NCBI GenBank assembly: GCA_964651325.1 | Contig: CAZYXP010000001.1 | Span: forward strand, 1-50,083 | DNA from: an uncultured Phycisphaeraceae bacterium | Lineage (GTDB): Bacteria; Planctomycetota; Phycisphaerae; UBA1845 | Length of the DNA: 50,083 nt | Direction of reading: 5' to 3' | Shown: positions 23,835 to 31,436 of the stretch, piece by piece | How the letters are laid out: each line of letters starts with the position of its first letter | How positions within the stretch are numbered: position 1 is the first letter of the stretch | Program-made: the position numbers and the translations under genes | The notes under the pieces: model-generated | Seen by the model: only the letters and a program-made list of their open reading frames with translations | Database searches by the model: none | What the model was told of the DNA's origin: nothing

Positions 23835-25621
23835 GCGCTCACCTCCGCTCCTCGACCGGTGGGATCACCCACTTCCAATGATTCCGATCGCGTGACGCGC
23901 AAGACCTCCTCCAGCGTCGAATCGCCGTGCTCCACGAGGTCGAGCGCTTTTTCACGCAGCGTGCGCCATCCGATTTGCGCCAGGTATTCACGTATTTGGC
24001 CTTCGGACACATCCTGCTGGATCATCCGTTTTAGCTCGGCGTCCAGGAGCATCACTTCGTAGATCCCGATCCGCCCCTTGAATCCTGTGTTCGCGCACTG
24101 CCGGCAGCCTTCGCCTTTTTGGAACAGCTCATTGGTGCGATGCCCCCAGCCGACACGTTCCAGCAAGGCAGGCGGCGGGTAGTACGACGCCTTGCACGAC
24201 GAGCAAATCTTGCGGGCCAGCCGCTGGGCCACAAACCCCAGCACCGATGAGGCGATCAAGAACGGTTCAATGCCCATGTCCGCCAGCCGCATCACGCCTC
24301 CCGGGCAATCGTTGGTGTGAAGCGTGGCGAGCACCAGATGGCCCGTAAGTGCCGCTTGAATGGCAACGCGCGCCGTTTCCTCGTCGCGAATCTCACCGAC
24401 CATGATGACATCAGGGTCTTGACGCAAAATGGAACGCAACGCGCGAACGAACGAAAGCCCCACCGATTCGTTGACCTGAATCTGGTTGATCAGCGGCAGT
24501 TGGTATTCGACGGGATCTTCGATCGTGACAATGTTGGTCGATTCATTGCGCAGAAGATCCAACGCGGAATAGAGCGTCGTGGTCTTGCCACTGCCGGTCG
24601 GCCCTGTGACGAGCATCAGCCCGTAGGGACTGGTGACCATGGCCTCTATGGCGACTCGATCCTGGCCGCGCACGCCGAGATCGCTCAGCTCGAAGCTGAT
24701 GTTGGATCGGTCGAGAATGCGCAGCACGATCTTTTCACCGAGCACGGTGGGCATGGAGGAGACGCGCAGGTCGATCTCACGTCCATCGGCCACGATGTGA
24801 ACGCGCCCTTCTTGCGGCAGGCGCTTTTCCGCGATATCCATTCGTCCGATGACCTTGACACGCGATACGATCGCCGCGTGCATGCCCTTGGGCGGCTTGA
24901 GCATCTCCCGCAAACGGCCGTCGATCCGATAGCGAATGTGTGTCGCGTCGCGGTCGGGCTCGATGTGGATGTCGCTGGCGCCCTCGCGAAGCGCCGTCAA
25001 GATTGCCAAATTCACCAGATTGACGATCGGGCTGCCCTCGATCATTTGATCGAGGTCGGTAACCGGCCCTTCATCGATTGCCTCAACCTCGGAGATTTGA
25101 ATGTCGCTCTCTTCCATCGATGCGAGGAAGGAGTCGACATTGACTTCCTTGGCCAGGTACTTGTTTTGGAATTCCTCGAGGTTTTCTTCCAAGACCAAGA
25201 CGGGGCGAATGCTACACCCGGTCAAGCCTGCCAGCCGATCTTGCAGGGGCAGCGACTTGGGTTCGACCATCGCGACGGTCAGGTCGTCGCGAACGCGAAA
25301 CAGCGGGAGCACGCGCATGCGCTGCGCTTCCTCCTTCGGGATCAGCTTGGCCACCTTCGGATCGATCAATCCATGTCGCAGCAAACAGCCCTTGACGCTT
25401 AGCCGTGTGGACAGCGCCTGCACGAGCGCCGTTGAGGAAAGAGCGCCGATGTCGACCAGAGATCGGCCGATACGCACGCCGGTCGTCGATTGCCGCGCAA
25501 GCCCCTCGGCCAGTTGCTCGGGCGTGATGACGCCGTCGCGGACGAGCTGATCCCCCAACCGAACCGCACTTTCAATGGTTAGCTTTGCCAATGGCTCGTC
25601 TCTTGGAATCGTTCGCGCCAC
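23831..25621 (-). CDS. pilB: GspE/PilB-family secretion ATPase with an N-terminal MshEN-type c-di-GMP-binding domain
   Basis: GTG 25621. Walker A VTGPTGSGKTTT; Asp/His boxes (IMVGEIRDEETA, TGHLVLATLHTN); tetracysteine CSSC...CRQC. N-terminus RLGDQLVRDGVITPEQLAEGLARQ-STTGV-RIGRSLVDIGALSSTALVQALSTR. Confidence 0.9.
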   Translation of the reverse strand: MARTIPRDEPLAKLTIESAVRLGDQLVRDGVITPEQLAEGLARQSTTGVRIGRSLVDIGALSSTALVQALSTRLSVKGCLLRHGLIDPKVAKLIPKEEAQRMRVLPLFRVRDDLTVAMVEPKSLPLQDRLAGLTGCSIRPVLVLEENLEEFQNKYLAKEVNVDSFLASMEESDIQISEVEAIDEGPVTDLDQMIEGSPIVNLVNLAILTALREGASDIHIEPDRDATHIRYRIDGRLREMLKPPKGMHAAIVSRVKVIGRMDIAEKRLPQEGRVHIVADGREIDLRVSSMPTVLGEKIVLRILDRSNISFELSDLGVRGQDRVAIEAMVTSPYGLMLVTGPTGSGKTTTLYSALDLLRNESTNIVTIEDPVEYQLPLINQIQVNESVGLSFVRALRSILRQDPDVIMVGEIRDEETARVAIQAALTGHLVLATLHTNDCPGGVMRLADMGIEPFLIASSVLGFVAQRLARKICSSCKASYYPPPALLERVGWGHRTNELFQKGEGCRQCANTGFKGRIGIYEVMLLDAELKRMIQQDVSEGQIREYLAQIGWRTLREKALDLVEHGDSTLEEVLRVTRSESLEVGDPTGRGAEVSA

Positions 25622-25626
25622 ATGCT

Positions 25627-25640
25627 ACGCAACGTTGCGT
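25627..25640. promoter_or_regulatory. 14-bp perfect palindrome ACGCAACGTTGCGT in the 35-nt STAS-pilB gap, 6 nt upstream of the pilB start
   Basis: Read directly. The function (operator or small RNA hairpin) is inferred only. Confidence 0.35.
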
Positions 25641-25656
25641 CTGGGTCTTGCGGCAG

Positions 25657-25992
25657 TTACATGAAACTCTTAGCGGCGTCGCGCACATCTTCGAAAAATC
25701 GAAAACGCCGCGACAGACCCGTTAGTTCCAAAATTTCTCTACAAGTGGGTGATACCTTGGCCAACTTCAGGCCAGCGGCGCGGCTTGCCAGTTCGTCCGC
25801 AGCCGACAGCAGGCCTTCAAGCGCGGCGCTGTCCATGTAGGGTACGTCCGCCAACGACACAACGATTCTCGGCGTCGGGCAGTCGATCAACTGGGCGAGT
25901 TCCTCGCAAAACGCCTCCGCGTCGTCGTCTACTAAGGCGCCCGTGGGCGACAGAACATGCACCGTGCCAATCGCCTGATGGTCGAGTTTCAT
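25657..25992 (-). CDS. STAS-domain protein (SpoIIAA-like anti-sigma-factor antagonist family)
   Basis: ATG 25992 overlaps the upstream gene's TGA (ATGA). MKLDHQAIGTVHVLSPTGALV...VVSLADVPYMDSAALEGLL...LKLAKVSPTCREILELTGL fits the STAS pattern and includes a DS(A) phospho-site position. Confidence 0.8.
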   Translation of the reverse strand: MKLDHQAIGTVHVLSPTGALVDDDAEAFCEELAQLIDCPTPRIVVSLADVPYMDSAALEGLLSAADELASRAAGLKLAKVSPTCREILELTGLSRRFRFFEDVRDAAKSFM

Positions 25993-27332
25993 GTCGAAGC
26001 TCCCGCGGCCGCCACGTCTTTGGCCAGATCGCTGGCCAAGGCGCACTGGCTCACACGCGCGCGATGACACTGCCCTAGCGCGCCGCTGAGCAGGCCTCTG
26101 AGGTCGGGCGTGTCCACGCCGCTTCCCACCAAACCGCAACGAACCTGCACCGCTATGCCCCATCGACTTTCGTCGCCGCAAACCCGCTCCACGCGCTCCA
26201 ACAACTGACGCACGATCAATCCCGCCAGATCCGAATCGACCCGCCTCAATAGGATCACGAAGCGTTCGCCGTCAAAACGACCGATGCGATCATCCATGCG
26301 GACTTTGCGCCGAAGCTCGTGGGCGCACGCACGCACGATTTCCTCGGCGATTTCCCATTGGCCGACGTCCGATAAACGGCGCAAGCCTTCCAGCGCGAAC
26401 ACCGCGACGGCCACGGGTTCGCCGTCTGAATAGGATTCCTTAAGGGCTTGTTCGGCATCGACCAGAAAGGCCCGCCGGACGCTGAGCCCCGAAACGGGAT
26501 CATCCAGCGTGGCCGCCCGGTTGTCGCACGAATCTTGCAGCATGCACCAGCACTGCGACGCGATCACCTCCATGCACGCCAGCAGATCGCGACACACCTG
26601 GGGCGGCGAATCCAACTGCCCGACCGTCACGATGCCCAGTCTCCGATTGCCTCTCTTGATCGGAAAACACCATTGAATCCGGCCGGCATCGTTCTGATCG
26701 AGCTGATCGAGAAACTGGTGTTCAATCGAATCCCCGGAAACGTAGGCGCGTCCCGTCGTGGCCACGTATCCGACAATGCCCAACCGCGCCGACAATTCAG
26801 CATCGTCGGACCAGGAATCCGAGGCCTGCAGCGGCACCAGATGGTTCATCTCCGGCACCAGCCGATAGGGGCGAACATGGGTGGCCCCGCAGCCAGTGTG
26901 GAGCATCGACCTGAGCCATTCGTCAAAGCCCGGCCAGGGGTCCGCTTGGTGGCCGTTTTGCCCAAGCCATTCATTGAATTGCTTGATGGCGGTGGTGATG
27001 ACGGGAAGCGATGGGTCGGGGTGGGCGACGCTCGCTGGCGCCGGGGTGGCGGAATCCAGTGTGGTCTGCCCCATCGGTGCGGGTCCGATCCGTTCCACCG
27101 TCTCACCGGCCCACCCCGCTACGGTGACGATGGCTAGGGCGCCGGCCAGGCACATGGTCGTGGCCAGCGAATCGGTCCAGAGGCCCACGTTGGGTGAGGC
27201 TTGGGCAAACGCAACCCAAAAGCTCGCGCAGATCAGCCCCAGGGCGAATCCGCGCCCGTGGCCCAACAAACGGCCACCGAGGCCGGCGCCGAGCAGGATG
27301 GGGAACCATGGAAGAAGTAACATCATTGACAT
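25989..27332 (-). CDS. Membrane protein with a GAF domain and a degenerate GGDEF domain (DGERF) that keeps an RxxD I-site
   Basis: About 3 N-terminal hydrophobic helices. GAF-like LGIVGYVATTGRAYVSGD. GGDEF fold DPVSGLSVRRAF...RMDDRIGRFDGERFVILL (26259-26300); codons checked base by base. Confidence 0.85.
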   Translation of the reverse strand: MSMMLLLPWFPILLGAGLGGRLLGHGRGFALGLICASFWVAFAQASPNVGLWTDSLATTMCLAGALAIVTVAGWAGETVERIGPAPMGQTTLDSATPAPASVAHPDPSLPVITTAIKQFNEWLGQNGHQADPWPGFDEWLRSMLHTGCGATHVRPYRLVPEMNHLVPLQASDSWSDDAELSARLGIVGYVATTGRAYVSGDSIEHQFLDQLDQNDAGRIQWCFPIKRGNRRLGIVTVGQLDSPPQVCRDLLACMEVIASQCWCMLQDSCDNRAATLDDPVSGLSVRRAFLVDAEQALKESYSDGEPVAVAVFALEGLRRLSDVGQWEIAEEIVRACAHELRRKVRMDDRIGRFDGERFVILLRRVDSDLAGLIVRQLLERVERVCGDESRWGIAVQVRCGLVGSGVDTPDLRGLLSGALGQCHRARVSQCALASDLAKDVAAAGAST

Positions 27333-27336
27333 GGCA

Positions 27337-28638
27337 TCATTCCGTATCGACTAGAGCCGAATCCTCCCAAACATGGGTAAACGTATTCGCTTGGTCGAGC
27401 AGACGCTCCCAGGTTATCGATCCTTCCGTCAGCGTCGCGCGGATCATGCGATCGAATGTCTTCTGCAAGTTCGGATCGAGCGTTGTGCCTGATTCATCAC
27501 TCATAATCGCCAGCGCCTTGGTCCAGTCGAATGCCTTGCGATAGGTTCTTGTGGAGGTCAGTGCATCGAACACGTCGGCGATCTGGATGACGCGGGCCTG
27601 CAAGGGAATCGCCTCACCCTTCAATCCTTCCGGGTACCCCTTGCCATCGTAATGCTCATGGTGATGGAGCACGCCGTCCAGCGCGTCGGCAAGGTGGGGA
27701 ACCCCCTGGACGACGTCATAGCTGCGTACCGGGTGTTCCTTCATGTGCTCAAATTCTTCCGGGGTGAGCGCTCCGTCTTTCTTCAAGACATCGTCTCGGA
27801 TGCCGATCTTGCCCACGTCGTGCAGCAGAGCGCTCCATTGGAGCATGCGATGATCGCGCCCCGTCAGCCCGATCTCGGTTGCCAGCATGGTCGCGAAATA
27901 GGCGACCCGGGTGGAGTGGCCTGCGGTGTACTTGTCCTTTTGATCCACGGCATTGACCAGCGATCGCACCATGGACACCGACATGGTTCGAAGTTCACTG
28001 AGGAGCCGGCAGTTGCGGATCAGGTCGCCGCAAAAATTCGATAGCGATTCAACCACCGACATGTCACTCGCCCGCAGCTCGCGCGATTCCTCCGGTCGAG
28101 CGATTACGATCGCGCCTACGACGACGTCGCCCGCGATCATCGGCGAAACGAGGAGCTCCACCAGATCCGATCCCGCGCCGTCAATTCGGCGGACCACGGC
28201 GCGATGCTCGTCGCACAGTTCCCGAATCATTTCCCCGATTCCCGGTACCCCCTGGATCGGTTGCCCGACCAACACACAGGCGCGGCGACCCGCCCCGGAA
28301 TAGATCCCGACGTCGTAGCAGGCGAGGCTTCTTGCAAGGTTCTCATGCAGCACGCTTAGCACGGCGTACTCATCCTTGAGATTCGGCAGCGCCTTGGTGA
28401 CGCTGAAAACGATCCCGAGTTGTTCGTACACCGTGAACAGTTCATCCGCCAGCCCGTCTTGCTCGACGCGCAGCGCACCCAATCCTCGCTCAACCCCATC
28501 GAGGTGCTCAAGCAGTTGAGGTTGTGTATCTCCATGCGCGATGCCGTCACGCAGGCGCGACAGGCTCCGTTGCAGCAGCGGATGCAAAGGCAACGCCTGA
28601 TCGGGTAGTCCGGTGGGATGGTTTGAGGTTGCGGTCAT
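27337..28638 (-). CDS. GAF-like domain plus canonical HD-GYP c-di-GMP phosphodiesterase
   Basis: GHSTRVAYFA...ALLHDVGKIG...HHHEHYDGKGYPEGL...QIADVFDALTSTRTYRKA. Start chosen at ATG 28638; TTG 28665, which overlaps the REC gene by 20 nt, is an alternative. Confidence 0.85.
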   Translation of the reverse strand: MTATSNHPTGLPDQALPLHPLLQRSLSRLRDGIAHGDTQPQLLEHLDGVERGLGALRVEQDGLADELFTVYEQLGIVFSVTKALPNLKDEYAVLSVLHENLARSLACYDVGIYSGAGRRACVLVGQPIQGVPGIGEMIRELCDEHRAVVRRIDGAGSDLVELLVSPMIAGDVVVGAIVIARPEESRELRASDMSVVESLSNFCGDLIRNCRLLSELRTMSVSMVRSLVNAVDQKDKYTAGHSTRVAYFATMLATEIGLTGRDHRMLQWSALLHDVGKIGIRDDVLKKDGALTPEEFEHMKEHPVRSYDVVQGVPHLADALDGVLHHHEHYDGKGYPEGLKGEAIPLQARVIQIADVFDALTSTRTYRKAFDWTKALAIMSDESGTTLDPNLQKTFDRMIRATLTEGSITWERLLDQANTFTHVWEDSALVDTE

Positions 28639-28645
28639 TGAATTC

Positions 28646-29017
28646 TTAACCCGCGGCTGTGGCAAAAAGCCGTTCGATTTCGGCTACAAGCTGAGAGGGA
28701 ACAAACGGTTTGGGAAACAACTGCGCGTTCAGCGAAGCGATGGAATCCACGATGTCTTGCTGGTCGCACCGTGAACTCAAGAGTATGTATGGAATCTCCG
28801 CATCGACGTCCGCCCGTACATGGCGAAGCAGTTCGATGCCGTTCATCACGGGCATGTTGATGTCGGAGATGATCATATCGACCGTCTGCGTGCGTAAGAT
28901 TTCTCGCGCGTCAGCCCCGTTTGCGGCCTGAAGCACTGCGTATCCGTGGCGCGTGATCCAGAGGGAAGTGACCTTCAGGATGTGGGCGTCATCTTCGACC
29001 AGAAGAATGCTACTCAT
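28646..29017 (-). CDS. Single-domain response regulator (REC only)
   Basis: ILLVEDDAHIL...MIISDINMPVMNG...LFPKPF. Its ATG overlaps the kinase stop by 8 nt (ATGAGTAG), with GGAAGGAAG upstream. Confidence 0.9.
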   Translation of the reverse strand: MSSILLVEDDAHILKVTSLWITRHGYAVLQAANGADAREILRTQTVDMIISDINMPVMNGIELLRHVRADVDAEIPYILLSSRCDQQDIVDSIASLNAQLFPKPFVPSQLVAEIERLFATAAG

Positions 29018-31130
29018 CTCGATCTTCCTTCCCTGTCCCCGCCAAACTGGTTTCTCTTGTCGTCTGGTGAGGAAGTTTCAACATGAAAGTCGATCCTTCG
29101 CCCTTGGCGCTGAGCAACTCGATGTCGCCCCCGTGGCGCCGTGCGATGGCCCGAGCGGTATACAAGCCGATGCCGGTTCCGGTTTCCGTCTGGACCTCGT
29201 CGTCCTGCGCACGGTAGAATTTCTCAAAAACGCGGGACTGATCCTCCGCATCAATCCCGACCCCGTTGTCCTTCACGGTGACCACCACGCCGTCGGTGTT
29301 GACCTGGCATCCCACCACAACGTTGCCATCGGCCGGCGTGTACTTGATGGCATTACCGAGCAGGTTGTTGACGACCACGGCCAGCTTGTCCCGATCGGCC
29401 TGGATCGCTTCGAGCTTCGACGGCAAGAGCAGTTGCAGGTCGATGTTCTTCTCGTCGGCCAGACCCCGCACGTCGCGCACCGCGTCGGACATCAAGCCGC
29501 CCAGATCAACCTGATCCAGTTTCAAGTCGATGCCGCCGACCTCGAGCTGCGAAACGCTGAGCACATCTTCGATCAGCCGCGAGAGTCGTCGTGTCTCCTT
29601 GTTGATCACGTTGTAGCATTCTGTAATCACCTTGGGATCATCAAACATCCCGGAAGAGAGCGTCTCTGAATACGCCCGGATGTTGGTCAGCGGCGTTCTC
29701 AGTTCGTGCGTGACCTGTCCGATCAACTCCTCCCGAGCCTTTTCCGCGCGGGTCTGCTGAGAGATGTCTCGTATGAGGACCAACGCCTCGCCGTGGTGCT
29801 GTTTCCGTTGCAGCGGGATGATCCACGTCCTGAAAATATCCGGTTCTTCTTCGTCGTCTTGATCCATTTGAATCAATTCGTTGTGTTGCTGGTAGGTGCC
29901 TTCCGGCTGCAACGAAGAACGGAGCACCTTCACGACCTTCTCTCCGACCCCATTGGCCACGGTTTTGTGGATGCTGTTCTGCTTGACCTCTTCCCATGAC
30001 CAGCCGAACAGGCGACAGGTCGTCGCGTTTGCGTATTCGATCCGCTCTTCTTCCGTGATGAAGAGAATGCCGTCGGGAAGTGCGTTGAGCACTTCTGCAA
30101 GTTCGCCGCCGCTACTGGTGGACAACAGCCGACAAAGCTCGCGGTCGGCTTCAGCGCGTTCCGTATTCTCGACCGCGCTCCGCGCCAGCTCGACAAGCTG
30201 ATTCCAGGATTCGGTCGTAGTGTCCGATTCGTCCTCGATGCGTAACGCCGTCAAGTCTTCCTCGATTCGATCGCATTCGGCGCGAAGGCGACTGGCAATT
30301 CGCGATGCCGAGCGCAATTGCTCGCGAAGACAACGGTACACAACAAAAAGCGCTCCGAGCACAATGAAGACCACGACCAACAAGCCGGCTTTGCCCGAAG
30401 CTGTATGGGCCGTCGAAGCTGTCGATAGGACCAACTCGACCAGAATATCGGACGGGGGGGGATGCCCCGGCGATGTGGGCGTCGCATCGCCGTTGGCCAT
30501 CGATGCTGGCGATTCAGACGCTTGAACCACGCTCGCTTGTTCCCCAGCCGCGGAGTTTGGCTCGTGCGGCTCCGGCAAAGCACCGATGCCCGTTTGACCG
30601 TCCTCGCCAGGATCATCAGTCGCGCCGCGAGCGTTCGGCCCGCTGCGGTTCACGCGAATCCGGGCACGATACCGACGCGAAGTGCCGCCCGGGATTCGCT
30701 CCCGCGCAATTGCGGATCGAGCCTCGTTGCCGGCAAGGTTCGGAAATGCGGATGGTTCGACCCGAGTGCCACGAGTCGAAGAGGGTTGCGATGATTGTAC
30801 GAGCCCATCTGAATCGAATATCCTCCACGATTCCACTTGGAAATGTTGCGAAAAATCGTGGAGCGCAATTCTCGTGGCCACACCTCGCCCTTGCTCATTC
30901 TTGCCTTTACCCGGAGTCGTCTCGATTTCTCGGACCATCGAAGAGAAGGCGTAGTCCGCCGATTTTTCGAACCGTTCGGTCGATTCGTCGCGTGCTCGAG
31001 AGACCGCAAACCGGGAGATGGCCCCAAGCCCGACCAGGTAAATCAGCACGATTGAAAGCCCGAACCACCTCGGAACTTCTTCCGCGGTTAGAAACGCACT
31101 GATTTTTCGTCGCGCAGATATCACAGGCAA
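29010..31130 (-). CDS. PhoR-like membrane sensor histidine kinase (2 TM, periplasmic loop, PAS, HisKA, HATPase)
   Basis: TTG 31130 (GTG 31124 is an alternative). TM segments WFGLSIVLIYLVGLGAI and LLVVVFIVLGALFVVY. PAS LPDGILFITEEERIEYANATTCRLFGW. H-box VTHELRTPLTNIRAYSETL. ATP-binding blocks NLLGNAIKYT, DNGVGI, GTGIGL. Confidence 0.9.
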   Translation of the reverse strand: MPVISARRKISAFLTAEEVPRWFGLSIVLIYLVGLGAISRFAVSRARDESTERFEKSADYAFSSMVREIETTPGKGKNEQGRGVATRIALHDFSQHFQVESWRIFDSDGLVQSSQPSSTRGTRVEPSAFPNLAGNEARSAIARERIPGGTSRRYRARIRVNRSGPNARGATDDPGEDGQTGIGALPEPHEPNSAAGEQASVVQASESPASMANGDATPTSPGHPPPSDILVELVLSTASTAHTASGKAGLLVVVFIVLGALFVVYRCLREQLRSASRIASRLRAECDRIEEDLTALRIEDESDTTTESWNQLVELARSAVENTERAEADRELCRLLSTSSGGELAEVLNALPDGILFITEEERIEYANATTCRLFGWSWEEVKQNSIHKTVANGVGEKVVKVLRSSLQPEGTYQQHNELIQMDQDDEEEPDIFRTWIIPLQRKQHHGEALVLIRDISQQTRAEKAREELIGQVTHELRTPLTNIRAYSETLSSGMFDDPKVITECYNVINKETRRLSRLIEDVLSVSQLEVGGIDLKLDQVDLGGLMSDAVRDVRGLADEKNIDLQLLLPSKLEAIQADRDKLAVVVNNLLGNAIKYTPADGNVVVGCQVNTDGVVVTVKDNGVGIDAEDQSRVFEKFYRAQDDEVQTETGTGIGLYTARAIARRHGGDIELLSAKGEGSTFMLKLPHQTTRETSLAGTGKEDRDE

Positions 31131-31436
31131 GTATCCCGAGAACGAAACGATTTAGGCACCCATCGTGCTTATCGAACGGGTATCGAAACGCCTTAAGCTT
31201 GTCTGAGACTTCCCGGACGCGCCAACCGGAAGATGGCGACCGCAGGTCCATAGCGACGCTGCGGTCCCGTAACCAAACAGGCTTCCACCCAAGCATAGAA
31301 TACGGCATAATGTTTGGGGCTAAGAAGTCCGAGAATCGCGCATGCCGCCGCTGAAAGGAGACGCGATTGGAACCGCGCCCGTCACGGTGCGGAACGCGTT
31401 GCAACAGGCCATGCAGCTTTAACAAGGAGCCCCAAG

